Assembly: GCA_963790305.1 (NCBI GenBank)
Contig: CAWBOC010000005.1
Span: 288,001-352,000 of the forward strand
Length of the DNA: 64,000 bases
Direction of reading: 5' to 3'
DNA from: an uncultured Gemmatimonadaceae bacterium
Lineage (GTDB): Bacteria > Gemmatimonadota > Gemmatimonadetes > Gemmatimonadales > Gemmatimonadaceae
The notes beneath the pieces are model-generated. The model had not been told where the DNA came from, did no database searches, and worked only from the letters and a program-made list of their open reading frames with translations. A program made the translations under genes and the position numbers. Shown piece after piece: positions 39,334 to 49,869 of this stretch. Position 1 is the stretch's first letter, and each line of letters starts with the position of its first letter.

Positions 39334-39518
39334 CAGCGTGCGCGGAGGAGACATCCGCGCGTCTCCCGGCACGGACACCGCCGACGATTACCTGTTCGGA
39401 AGAAAGCGCGCATCGCTCGACAGGAAAACGAGATAGGCGCTGCTTCGACGCTGATCGGGAACCCGGCCTCGCCCATGCCTTGCCTCGTAGCGACCGCTAT
39501 CGCCAACGAGGCATTTCA

Positions 39519-40445
39519 ATGCGAGCCCCCGCGTTCCTTTTCAGCGCCCTCACCGCCGCGCTGATCGTCCCCGCCACACCCGCATCCGCACAGACCACGA
39601 GCGCCGACCCCGACCCCCGGGTCTTGCTCGGGATCGAGGTCTCGATGTCGGGCACCAGTCGCGACACGCTTGGTGTCCTCGTTTCCTCCGTCGCCTCGGG
39701 AAGCCCGGCTGACCAGGCGGGACTTCAGCAACGCGAGCGCATCGCCGAGGTCAATGGCATGAGCCTGCGTGTCTCGCGCGAAGACGTGGGGAGCAAGGAT
39801 GCTGAGGATCTCGTGTTTCGGCGGCTCGCCAGAGAGTTGGAGCCCCTCAGACCCGGCAATGCCGTGAGCATGCGCGTGTACGGCGGGGCTCGACCGCGCA
39901 CCGTCACCATTCGCATCCCGGTCGAGGAGCCGGCCGTGCGTGCCCGCGACGACGGCGCTGGCGTGGTGGACATCATAGCCTCGCTGCGTGAAATGCAGAC
40001 CCGTCTGCATGAGCTCGTCTCTAACGAAAGCGGTGCGGTCCGCGACTCGCTCGCACAGGTCGAGCTCGAGATCGCGGAGCTTCAGCGCAGACTCCAGTTG
40101 CTCGAGGTTCAGCGCCGGCGGCGGATGGAGCGCGACCGTCCCCGGCGTGGCGACGACGTCGGACGTATCGATGAACCGGCGGAAAGCCTACGTGGTCTTC
40201 GCGTGACGGTTGTCAGTGACGAGCTCGAGCCATACTTCGGTGAGGGCAGCGCGCGCGGTCTGCTCGTGCTCGAGGCCGACGAGTCGTGGGCGCCCATTCG
40301 CACCGGTAATGTGATCGTGCGCGTCAATGGTGCCGCGGCCACGATGGAATCGCTCCGCGACGCGTTCGACTCGCGTCGATCCAGCGAGGTTGAGGTGCTG
40401 CGGCGACGCAGATCACTAATTCTGTCGATCGGCGGAGGTCGCTGA
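39519..40445 (+). CDS. Exported PDZ-domain protein with a central coiled coil
   Basis: Signal peptide; LGI...GVLVSSV..GSPADQAGL...IAEVNG; degenerate second PDZ domain. Confidence 0.75.
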   Translation: MRAPAFLFSALTAALIVPATPASAQTTSADPDPRVLLGIEVSMSGTSRDTLGVLVSSVASGSPADQAGLQQRERIAEVNGMSLRVSREDVGSKDAEDLVFRRLARELEPLRPGNAVSMRVYGGARPRTVTIRIPVEEPAVRARDDGAGVVDIIASLREMQTRLHELVSNESGAVRDSLAQVELEIAELQRRLQLLEVQRRRRMERDRPRRGDDVGRIDEPAESLRGLRVTVVSDELEPYFGEGSARGLLVLEADESWAPIRTGNVIVRVNGAAATMESLRDAFDSRRSSEVEVLRRRRSLILSIGGGR

Positions 40446-40537
40446 CCGGCAGTCGAGATTCCCCGCGGATGGCCCGCGGCGGCCCGGCGCTTGCCGACCA
40501 TGCGAATCCCTTAGTCAGTTTTCACTGAGGAGGACAC

Positions 40538-40897
40538 ATGGCAATCCACGATGGACTGGGAACCGGCGCCGGCCCTGCCACACCGGCGGGTGTCGACTGG
40601 ACCGCGGAAGACATGTATTGGCGCTCCAACTTCCGTGCGCGTCCGTACGTTGGCGCAGACCGGGGGTACGAAGCGTACCAACCGGGCTACCGGTATGGAT
40701 TCGAGTCTGCGAAGCGTCATGCCGGCCGGAAGTGGGACGAGATCGAGTCTGACCTCCGGAGCGGCTGGGACCGCTATGAGCATCGCGGCCAGTCCGCATG
40801 GGAGAACATCAAGGACGCCGTGCGGGATGCGTGGGATCGTGTAACGGGCGATCGGCCCCGCGGCACCGATCGCGACACCGTTCGCTCGACGTACTGA
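40538..40897 (+). CDS. Hypothetical protein (Trp/Tyr-rich)
   Basis: GAGGAGG RBS; YQPGYRYG...WDEIESDLRSGW...WENIKDAVRDAWD; followed by a terminator. Confidence 0.8.
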   Translation: MAIHDGLGTGAGPATPAGVDWTAEDMYWRSNFRARPYVGADRGYEAYQPGYRYGFESAKRHAGRKWDEIESDLRSGWDRYEHRGQSAWENIKDAVRDAWDRVTGDRPRGTDRDTVRSTY

Positions 40898-40917
40898 GGC
40901 TGCTCGGCGTCAGCGAG

Positions 40918-40947
40918 AGAATGGCCGCCTTCGCAGGCGGCCATTCT
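40918..40947. terminator. Intrinsic (likely bidirectional) terminator
   Basis: AGAATGGCCGCCT-TCGC-AGGCGGCCATTCT between convergent genes. Confidence 0.7.
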
Positions 40948-40953
40948 TGCTTG

Positions 40954-41568
40954 TCATTCGTCACGAATCGGCAGCACGGGGAGGTGCAGGCCCCAGAGAA
41001 TCGACGCGAGCCTCAGGCCGACAATGGCTGCCGTCCCCACGGCGGCGGCGACTTGCCGCGGAATTCCCACGCCCTCGAGCAGAAGATACAATGCGGCGCC
41101 GACAATCGCGGCCGTCGCGTAGAGCTCGCCCTTCCTGAAGATGAGCGGCACCTCCGCCGACAGAACGTCGCGAATGACGCCGCCGGCGACACCGGTCATG
41201 GTGCCCATCACGACGACGACGATCGGTTCCATCATTTCTCGCTGAGCGATCTGTGCGCCCGTGATGGTGAACAGAGCGAGCCCGAGCGCATCCGCGATGG
41301 CGAGCGAATGGTTGGGAGGGCGTCGGAATCGGACGTACGCGAGCGTCAACACCGCGGCAATGACGCTCACCACGAGATACGAGGGATCTTCGATCCACGA
41401 CACGGGGTGGCGGTCGAGAAGCAGATCGCGGATCGTGCCGCCGCCGATTGCCGTAACGATCGCGATCACGACGACGCCGAGCAGGTCCATGCGCTTCCGT
41501 CCCGCCGCGAGCGCGCCGCTGGCGGCGAAGACGGCTGCGCCGAGGAGCTGCAGGACGTAGAACCTCAT
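40954..41568 (-). CDS. Trimeric intracellular cation channel / UPF0126 family membrane protein
   Basis: Duplicated TAIGGGTIRD / TGVAGGVIRD motifs; DALGL; ELYA. Confidence 0.92.
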   Translation of the reverse strand: MRFYVLQLLGAAVFAASGALAAGRKRMDLLGVVVIAIVTAIGGGTIRDLLLDRHPVSWIEDPSYLVVSVIAAVLTLAYVRFRRPPNHSLAIADALGLALFTITGAQIAQREMMEPIVVVVMGTMTGVAGGVIRDVLSAEVPLIFRKGELYATAAIVGAALYLLLEGVGIPRQVAAAVGTAAIVGLRLASILWGLHLPVLPIRDE

Positions 41569-41603
41569 GACGCTAGTCCCGGTTTTTCCTGGCGGTCTCG
41601 CCC

Positions 41604-41993
41604 CTATGCTGGGGGATGCTCTGCCGGTTCGTCGCGCTTCGTGCGATGGACGGTGCCATCGGGATGCTCGGGCGGACTATAGAGCGTGTAGAGGCGAAGC
41701 GGCGAGTCCGCGGACGTGTTGATGACGTTGTGCTCGACCCCGGCAGGAATGACCACCGCGACGCCGTCGCTCAGCGTATGCTCCTTCCCCGCGAGAACGG
41801 CCACGCCTCGGCCGGCCTCGACGCGGATGAACTGGTCGTGCCCCTCGTGCACCTCACGTCCAATCTCGTCCCCGGGGCGCAGTGTCATGAGCACGAGCTG
41901 CGTGTTCCGACCGGTAAAGACGACGCGGCGGTAGTCTTCATTCGCGAGCGTCTCGTGCTCGATGTTGGTGACGTAACCTGCCTTCGTGGTCAT
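41604..41993 (-). CDS. Cupin domain protein
   Basis: IGREVH..HDQF..VE.G, IPAGVEHNVIN and YSPPEH. Confidence 0.9.
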   Translation of the reverse strand: MTTKAGYVTNIEHETLANEDYRRVVFTGRNTQLVLMTLRPGDEIGREVHEGHDQFIRVEAGRGVAVLAGKEHTLSDGVAVVIPAGVEHNVINTSADSPLRLYTLYSPPEHPDGTVHRTKRDEPAEHPPA

Positions 41994-42112
41994 GAAGTCT
42001 CCTCGTCTGAATGCGTTGGCACCATACCCACGAGGCTGCGCAATTGCGCGGCCAGGTCATTGTGGGATAGCGTGTAGGCCGCCCACGCGCTCACCGCTGT
42101 CGCTCGCCACGA

Positions 42113-44501
42113 ATGACGGAAAATCCGGTCGACAATACGCCGCGGGGATGGCTTCGCGCCATCTACGATTGGGCGACGGGGACGACGACGCCACCTCCGT
42201 CGCTCGCTCCGTCGCTCGCGAGTGATGCCTCTACCGCTCGGGAGCAGCCACCAGCTCGCGTCGGACACTACGCGATCGAGCGCAAGCTGGGGCAAGGCGG
42301 GATGGGCGTCGTCTACGCCGCGCGTGACGAGCGGCTCGAGCGCACCGTCGCGCTGAAAATGATGTCGTCGCTGGCCGACGATGAAACCGCACGCCGCCGA
42401 TTCTGGCGCGAAGCCCGCGCCGCGGCGAGCGTCAACCATCCGAACATTCTGTCAGCTCTACGAGATCGGCGAGGACGCCGGCGAGCTGTTCATCGCCATG
42501 GAGCTGCTGGAGGGCGAGGCGCTCAATGCGCGTCTCCGTCGTGGACCTCTGAGCGTTTCGGAGGCGGTGCCGATTGGGCTTGCGGTGCTGGCCGCGCTGT
42601 CGGCGCTGCACGCGCGAGGGATCGTCCACCGGGACCTCAAGCCATCGAACGTGTTCCTCACCCGGCACGGGGTGAAGCTGCTCGACTTCGGCCTGGCCCG
42701 GCCCACCAACGCCGTGGCGCGCTCGCTCGACTCGGACGCGAACCTCACGCAAAGCGGGATGCTGATCGGATCTCCGGGCTACATGGCTCCCGAGCAGCTC
42801 ACGGGCGACGGTCTCGACGCCCGCACCGATGTGTTCGCGACCGGCGCGATCCTGTTCGAGATGCTCGCTGGGCGCCCGGCGTTCAGCGGCACCAACTTCA
42901 TCGACACGTTGCACGCCACGCTCCACGAACAGCCCCCTGCGCTGACTGGCTCTCCGGCCGTCGCCGCGGTCGACCGCGTGATTCGACGCGCCCTCGCGAA
43001 GCATCCCCGCGATCGACCCGCATCCGCCGATGCGATGGCCGATGAGCTACGGGGGGTTCACGGCGTCGCGGGCGATGACGCGGCGACACTGGCCCGCGCT
43101 CTGACACGCCTGGTGGTGCTGCCATTTCGCAACCTGCGCCCCGATCCGGAAACGGACTTCCTGGCCTTCAGTCTTCCCGACGCGATCGCGACATCGCTCT
43201 CCGGAATCAGTTCGCTCGTCGTCCGCTCGAGCGCCACCGCCGCTCGCTTCGCCGGCGAGTCGCCCGACCTCAAAGCACTCGCGGCGGAGGCCGACGTCGA
43301 CCGAGTCGTGATCGGGACGCTCGTCCGCGCCGGTGATCAAGTCCGGGCGTCGGCGCAACTCGTCGAGGCGCCGGGCGGAACGCTGCTTACATCGCATACT
43401 GTCCAGTCGCCGTTAGGCGACCTGTTTCGACTTCAGGACGATCTGGCGCGGCGGGTGGTGGAGGCGCTCGCGCTCCCGCTGGGACGGCAGGATACATCGC
43501 CCATGCCCGGCGCGCCGCGCGACCCGCGCGCGTACGAGTTCTACCTGCGCGGAAACGAATTGGCCCGCAGCTACGAGCACCTCGTACAGGCGCGCAACCT
43601 GTATCAACGGTGCCTCGAGATCGATCCCAGTGTCGCGCCCGCGTGGGCGCAGCTTGGCCGCTGCCATCGCGTGATCGGCAAGTACATCGAGGAAACCCCC
43701 GACTCCGAGGACCGGGCCGAAGCGGCGCTTCGCCGCGCGCTCGAGCTCAATCCGCGTCTATCACTGGCGCACAAATTCTACGCGCAGCTCGAAGCCGATA
43801 CCGGCAAGGCGCGTCGGGCGCTCGTGCGGTTGCTCACCCAGGCGAACCGACATGGAAACGATCCGGAGCTGTTCGCGGGACTCGTCCACGTCTGTCGCTA
43901 TTGCGGACTGAACGAGCAATCGATCGCCGCCCACGAAGAGGCTCGGCGTCTCGATCCGAATGTGCCGACCAGTCTCGAGCAGACCATCCTGATGACCAGT
44001 GACATCGAGCGACTGCTGGCCGTGGAGCCGCCGGTGTTGGCAGGAAGTGGCGACCAGGGGATCCGCATCATTGGCCTGGGTCTCGCGGGCCGTCGCGACG
44101 AGGCCCGCCGGGCGTTGATCGCCATGCGCGGGACGTCACACCTCCCGCTATTCCAGGCATGGACCGACTATCTGACGGCGTGGCTCGACGGACGCGGCGG
44201 GGACATGATCGTGAACATGTCGGCGTTCAACAATGTGAAGATCATGGACGACCCGGAGGCGATCTTCCAGGAAGGCTGGCTCCTCTGCGACGCCGGCGAG
44301 CACGAGCGCGGCCTCGAGTATCTGCAGCGCGCCGTCGCCAAAGGGTACTCGGTCGCCCCCACTCTGGCTGCCGCGCCGGCGTTCGATACGTTGCGGAGCA
44401 CGCTCGCGTTCCAGGCGGTGCTGGCGCAGGCTCGGGCAGGATGCGAGGAGGCGCTCTTGGCGTTCCATGAGCACGGCGGCGAGCGGCTGCTTGGCCGGTG
44501 A
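42113..44501 (+). pseudogene. Hanks-type Ser/Thr kinase with TolB-like/TPR C-terminus; apparent +1 frameshift at ~42447
   Basis: LGQGGMGVVY, VALK and NHPNI in the first frame; HRDLKPSN, DFG, GSPGYMAPE and VVLPFRNL in the second. Confidence 0.88.
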
Positions 44502-44525
44502 TGTGCCGTTAGGCGGAGTTTCACC

Positions 44526-44985
44526 ATGAAAACGCTCGCTCGCCAACGCGACAAGGCGGAGCTCGTTGACCGGTTGAGGGCCCTGCGTCCGGACAGCGTC
44601 CGTCGCTGGGGACGCATGTCGGTGCACCAGAATGATCTGTCACCTGTGCGACGGCTTTCGTATGGGAACGGGGGAAAAGCCCGTCCGCAGCGTCACCACC
44701 CCGTTTCGGGGCACCATGCTCAAGTGGTTCGCGCTGTACGGGCCCGTCCGCTGGCCCCGAGGCATTCGCACGCGGCCGGAAATCGATCAGGACCGGTTAG
44801 GCACCACGCCCGTCGAGTTCGCGGCGGATGTCGCGCAGCTCGAGGCGCTGCTGGACCGGGTCACTGCGCAGCCTCGGGATTTCGACTGGCGCGCGCACCC
44901 GCTGCTCGGCAACATGTCCGAGGCGGCCTGGCTCCGGTGGGGCTACCTGCATGTCGACCACCATCTTCGTCAGTTCGGAGCGTAG
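44526..44985 (+). pseudogene. DUF1569/DinB-like protein with apparent +1 frameshift at ~44631
   Basis: WGRMSVHQ|MICHL...HPLLGNMS...W....YLHVDHHLRQFG. Confidence 0.82.
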
Positions 44986-45071
44986 CACGACCTAACGGTC
45001 GCGATGCGATGGTCAGTGGCCGGAGCCGGGACGCAGAGTTTTCAGAAGGTCATCGCAACCGTATCCATCGT

Positions 45072-47781
45072 TTAGTCCACCCTCAGCGCTTCCGTCGGCT
45101 GCACCCGCAGCGCGCGGGCGGTAGGCACGACGCAGGCAAGGGCGCAGACACCGAGCATCAGGATCGCGTACCCGACGAGCAGTGCGATGTCGCCGGCCGT
45201 GAGCCCCGGGGGCATGGTCCCGCTGAAGTGGGTCGTGTTGCGAACGCCGAGCGAGGCTACGGCGATCAGGATGCTTCCCGCGATCACGCCGAGGGTGACC
45301 TGCGTCAGTGGCCGCCTGAAGATCGACGCGATCACTCGACGCGCGCTCGCACCCAGTGCCACCCGCACCCCGATCTCCCGCGTACGACGTGCGACGGTGT
45401 ACGACAGCACCGCGTAGATCCCCGACAGCGAGAGCAGAAGGGCGACCGCCGTCAGACCGGCAATGATTCGTGTCCACAGGCCCAAGAGCCAGAGCGTGGA
45501 GCTCGTCACCTGGTCGAGGCGCGTCGTCTGCTCGACCCGGAGCGACGGATCGACCGCCATTGCCAGCTCGCGGACACGTGGCGCGATCGACAGCAGGCCG
45601 CCGGGGCCATGCACGATCATCTTGACGGCGCCCTGGCTTCCCGGAACGACTGGCAGGTACACCCCAGCGGCCCGCTGGGGCATTGCGACGCTTGTCATGC
45701 CGAGCTCCTTCACCACGCCGACGATCTCGTACCACGGCAGTTGCGCCGCGCTCGAGTCGGACATCTGCGACGGGCGCATGCGCACGCGATGACCGACCGG
45801 ATTGCGTCCGGACATCACGAGGTCGACGAAGCCTTGATCGACGATCACGACGCGAACGTCGGAAGAGAGATCACCGCTCGTGAAGGCGCGGCCCGCGAGC
45901 ATGGGCACGCGCAGCACGTCGAAATAGGAACGATGGACCGATGCCGTGGTCACCCACGCGGATGGGCTCCCCGGCAGGGACACCATTTCGACGAGGCGAG
46001 CGGCGTGATCCTCTGCCGGGAACGCGTCGACGAATGTCACGCCGGCAACCCCCGGCTCGGCTTCCAGCCGCTGGCGCAGCGCTTCGAGGGAGGAGCTGAT
46101 CCGGGTGCCTGGGGCGGCGGTCCCCTCGGGGGTCACCGTTTCCCCCAGCGCACCGTCAACGCCGAGGGTCACGCCGAGGTACTCCTCGGCTGCAAAGCCA
46201 GGGTCGTAGGACGCGATGCGCCTGCTCTCGCCGCGAATGAGCATCACGACCGCCGGCAACGCGACGGTGAGCGCGATCTGCGCGACGATGACCGCCGTCC
46301 ATACGCCGCCGAAGCTCACGCCACCACCGCCGGCGCTTACCCCGCGAAGCCGCGTTCCGAGGCCGCGGGTGATCTTCCGCGCCGGCATTACCCCCGCCAC
46401 CACCGCCCCGACCATCGCGAACGCGAGGGCGTTCGCGATCGTCTTCGGCGACAGATTGAAGTCGTACCAGAAGGGCAGCCGCCCGAAGTTCATGACGAGA
46501 TACGGCTCGCCCCAGCGCGTCAGGGCCAGCTGCGCCGCCGCCAGCCCGACCACGGCCGCAACGCCGGCGAGCACCAGCGCCTCGACGAAGAGCTGCGTCA
46601 CGATGCGGCGAGGGCTCGCGCCCAGGGCGCTGCGGATGAGAATCTCCGTCTCCCGCGACGCCGCGCGCGCGAAGAGGAGGAGTGCAACGGTGCTGCACAC
46701 GACCACCACGAGCGCGACGACGAAGAGGTAGGTCAGTCCCATCACCGCCATCGGATCGGGGCTGTTCACATTGAACTGCGTGTACGGAAGCACGTGCGGC
46801 TGGAGCTGCGCGTGCGTCGTCGGATGTTCCGTGGCGAGGCGCTTGCCGATGGTCGCCAGCTCCGCCTGCGCGGTCTCGAGCGTCATGCCGGGCGCGAGGC
46901 GGCCGAAGATGGTGATCGGGGCGCCGCCTAACGGCTGCACGCCGGCGACATCCGTGCGCAGCGGCAGCCACAGCTCGTGTGATACAGGGAACGCATAGCC
47001 GTCCGGCATCACACCGACGACCGTCGCGAAGCGGTTCCCGACCTTGACGGTGCGTCCGACGATCTGCGGGTCGCGATCGAAGCGCCTGGTCCACACCGCG
47101 TGGCCGAGCACGATCACCGGCGCCGCGCCCGCAAGTTCATCCGACGCCGCGAGCACGCGGCCGAGCAGCGGGTGCTCGGGGGCGATGCGGAACGCGGATG
47201 CGGTGATCTCCGCCGCGACCGCGGGCAGCGTGGTGCCGTCCGCGCCCACCAGATTGATGCTCGCGTCGCGAAAGGCGCTGATGTCGGTGATCGACCGCAT
47301 GGAGCGCCAGAACTGGTAGTCGTACAGCACGCGATCCTCGTCCTGGCCCGTCTTCAGATCCCAGTTCTGGATCCTCACGATGCGATCGCCGTCCGGTAGG
47401 GGCAGCTCGGTGCTGGTCAGCATGTCGAACATCTGGAAGGTGATGGCGCCGAACCAGAATGCCGAACGCCATCGCCAGGACGCCGACGATGGTGAGCCCC
47501 GGATATTTCACGAGCATTCGGACGCCCAGCTTCAGGTCGAGCGACAGTCCGTTGAACCACGCGGTACCGCGGCCTTCGCGGAGCGTCTCTCGATGCTGCT
47601 GCGCGCCGCCGAAGGTCACGAGTGCGCGACGTCTGGCTTCGGCGTGTTCGAGCTTCTGCTCGCGCATCAGCCGCTCCGTCTCCATCTCGATGTGAAAGCG
47701 GATCTCGTCGTCGATCCTGGACTCGGCGTCGCGTCGGGCGAGGAGGCGCAGGCGCGCGCGAGCGGCGTGGAACCACGTCAT
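45072..47781 (-). pseudogene. ADOP/MacB-like duplicated ABC permease; apparent +1 frameshift at ~47458
   Basis: DDEIRFHIEM..EARRRA...FGG N-terminus; IRSALGAS; YAVLSYTVARRTREIGVRVALGA; VQPTEALR. Confidence 0.88.
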
Positions 47782-47827
47782 GAAATGCTCCGGGGATGAG
47801 AGCGCGCGGCGCGGACGCCGCGCGCGG

Positions 47828-48160
47828 TCACGATACGCGCAGTACGGCCTCGAGGCCCGCCGCGAACCGACGCCAGTTCTCGAGCTCGACGCCGAGCGCG
47901 CGGCGTCCCGTTGCAGTGAGCCGGTAGTACCGGGCGCGACGGTTGTTGTCGGTCGTGTCCCAGTCGCTGGTCACGAGGCCATCCTTCTCGAGGCGCTGCA
48001 GTGCGGGATACAGCGACCCCTGGTTCATCTCCAGCACGCCCTCCGAGATCTGCTGCACTCGCTGGCTGATCCCCCACCCGTGCATCGGGGCGAGCGAGAG
48101 CGTCTTCAGGATCAGCAGGTCGAGCGAGCCTCGCAGGGCGTCCGTTTGTGACCGTGGCAT
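47828..48160 (-). CDS. PadR-family transcriptional regulator (acidobacterial type, paired with ADOP)
   Basis: LRGSLDLLILKTL..PMHGWGI, GSLYPALQRLE and NNRRARYYRLT. Confidence 0.93.
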   Translation of the reverse strand: MPRSQTDALRGSLDLLILKTLSLAPMHGWGISQRVQQISEGVLEMNQGSLYPALQRLEKDGLVTSDWDTTDNNRRARYYRLTATGRRALGVELENWRRFAAGLEAVLRVS

Positions 48161-48178
48161 GTGAGCTCCGGGCGGCTT

Positions 48179-48226
48179 CTGTAGCTGTCGACAAGACAGC
48201 ATACAGGCGACTCCTGTCGCTGTCAA
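48179..48226 (-). promoter_or_regulatory. Sigma70 promoter of padR-ADOP with a downstream PadR-like operator
   Basis: TTGACA(48226-48221)-N17-TATGCT(48203-48198), followed by the imperfect palindrome TTGT-N8-ACAG (48194-48179). Confidence 0.7.
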
Positions 48227-48303
48227 GAGAAGCGGTGCTGAGCGCACGGTTTCGTCGCGCTCGCGCGATCGGGCGAATGGGGAGGATTGGGGAGGAAAAG
48301 AAG

Positions 48304-48333
48304 CGCGGCGACTTTCGAGTGAAAGTCGCCGCG
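48304..48333 (-). terminator. Intrinsic terminator downstream of tRNA-Phe
   Basis: 13-bp stem CGCGGCGACTTTC/GAAAGTCGCCGCG followed by CTTCTTTT on the minus strand. Confidence 0.75.
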
Positions 48334-48367
48334 TTCGTATCTCCGTCTACTTCATCGACTTTCCGAA

Positions 48368-48440
<73 letters not shown>

Positions 48441-48446
48441 CCGACC

Positions 48447-49334
48447 GTGCAAGCTAACCGGACGCTCGTTTCCCCTCAACCCGACATCCACACCGCTCTG
48501 CATCCGATCGTCGCGCGCCAGCTCGAGCGCCTGCCACCTCTCGGCCGCGACATCGCACGCCGACTCATCGATCACGACTTCGTCGGCGAAGCGGCGAAGA
48601 TGGCGTACTTTTATTTTCTCTCCGTCTTCCCCGCGGTGCTCATCGTCTTCGCGCTCACTGGCTTCATCGGCGGTGACGCGGCCTTCGCGCGCATAACGAC
48701 GGTCGTTCTCACGCTCACGCCGCCCGACGCCACCGCCTTCCTGCACGGCTTCATGGCCGAGCTCGCGTCGGAGCGCAGGCCGGGAATGCTTTCCTTCGGC
48801 GCGCTGGTGCTCTTCTGGGCCGGGTCGAGCGGGATCGCCGCGCTCACCGAAGCGCTCAACCGAATCCATGGCGTGTCCGAGGGACGAGGGTGGGTGAGTC
48901 GACGCTCGCTCGCGCTCTCGATTCTCGCCGTCGGCTCCATCCTCATCGTTCTTGGCACCCTCATCGTCCTGGGCGGCGTCTCGGCACTACGGGCGCTCGG
49001 GCTTTCCGCGGTGTGGGACGTCGTGCGGTGGCCGCTCGCTGCCGCGCTGCCCCTGGTCGCGCTCTGGCTGGCGTTCTATTTCCTCCCCGACCGCGGGCGA
49101 CGCGGCGGCGTCTGGGAGGCCTTCGTCGGCGCAACCGTCGCGACGCTGCTCTGGGCGATCGCGACCGCGCTGTTCAGCGTCTATCTCACCGGCATCCGCG
49201 ACTATAGCCGAGTGTATGGAGCGATCGGGACGGTGATGGCGCTGCTGATCTGGTTTTTCCTTTCAGCGCTCGCTGTCTTGGTGGGTGGCGTCGTCGATGC
49301 CTCGCTCGAGCGCCGGCACCGTGGCCAGATATGA
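48447..49334 (+). CDS. YihY/virulence factor BrkB family membrane protein
   Basis: AAKMAYFYFLSVFP, ALNRI, RWPL and YSRVYGAIGTVMALLIW. Confidence 0.9.
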   Translation: MQANRTLVSPQPDIHTALHPIVARQLERLPPLGRDIARRLIDHDFVGEAAKMAYFYFLSVFPAVLIVFALTGFIGGDAAFARITTVVLTLTPPDATAFLHGFMAELASERRPGMLSFGALVLFWAGSSGIAALTEALNRIHGVSEGRGWVSRRSLALSILAVGSILIVLGTLIVLGGVSALRALGLSAVWDVVRWPLAAALPLVALWLAFYFLPDRGRRGGVWEAFVGATVATLLWAIATALFSVYLTGIRDYSRVYGAIGTVMALLIWFFLSALAVLVGGVVDASLERRHRGQI

Positions 49335-49345
49335 ATGCATATATA

Positions 49346-49693
49346 TCAGTCTCCGTTGATGTATTCCAGGCAGACCTCGAGATCGACTTGCTTGGACGTC
49401 TCGGCGGGGTCGGCCGCTCCGCCTTCGAGCAACGTGACGAGGCGCTCGAGCCGCGCGACCCCGCTCGGATCCAGGGCGTACCACACGGTGCGTCCCTCCT
49501 TTCTGGAAAAGACTAGTCCAACGTCCCTCAACACCTTGAGATGAAACGACATCAAGGATTGCCGAGCGGTGGTGTCATTGCAGAGCTCGTTGACGCTGCG
49601 CTCCCCAGAGCGAAGGCGATCGAGAATCGCGAGGCGCGTGGGGTCGGCGAGCGCCGCGAACAGCGGGGCGGCGCGGAGAAGGAGAGTGGCCAT
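49346..49693 (-). CDS. ArsR/SmtB-family transcriptional regulator
   Basis: FAALADPTRLAIL..L..GERSVNELC, QSLMSFHLKVLR..GLV..RKEGR..WY. Confidence 0.92.
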   Translation of the reverse strand: MATLLLRAAPLFAALADPTRLAILDRLRSGERSVNELCNDTTARQSLMSFHLKVLRDVGLVFSRKEGRTVWYALDPSGVARLERLVTLLEGGAADPAETSKQVDLEVCLEYINGD

Positions 49694-49701
49694 TGGGTGC
49701 C

Positions 49702-49729
49702 AATATATCAGGTACGACTGATATATCAA
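49702..49729 (-). promoter_or_regulatory. ArsR promoter with overlapping palindromic operator
   Basis: ATATATCAG-GTACGA-CTGATATAT (49703-49726) lies within minus-strand TTGATA-N16-TATATT. The ATG is 8 nt after the -10, so the mRNA is probably leaderless. Confidence 0.7.
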
Positions 49730-49744
49730 TCACCACCGACCGCG

Positions 49745-49788
49745 TGAGCACCCTGAGCACCCTGAGCACCCTGAGCACCCTGAGCACC
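49745..49788 (+). repeat. 9-bp tandem repeat (TGAGCACCC) x ~5
   Basis: Four perfect copies plus TGAGCACC, intergenic between divergent genes. Confidence 0.9.
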
Positions 49789-49869
49789 GCTAGTACCCCG
49801 ATGGCCTTGACCGCCCCGCGTCTGGCCTTAGCTATGCAGCGAGTTGTTTTGTCCCCCTGGGAGGGTCTG

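Noticed and set aside
44526..46931. 801-aa plus-strand ORF
   Set aside because: Chimera of the frameshifted DUF1569 N-terminus running antisense through the ADOP permease; Arg/Gly/His-rich with no motifs.
49745..49788. CRISPR array
   Set aside because: 9-bp units with no spacers and no cas genes; a simple tandem repeat.
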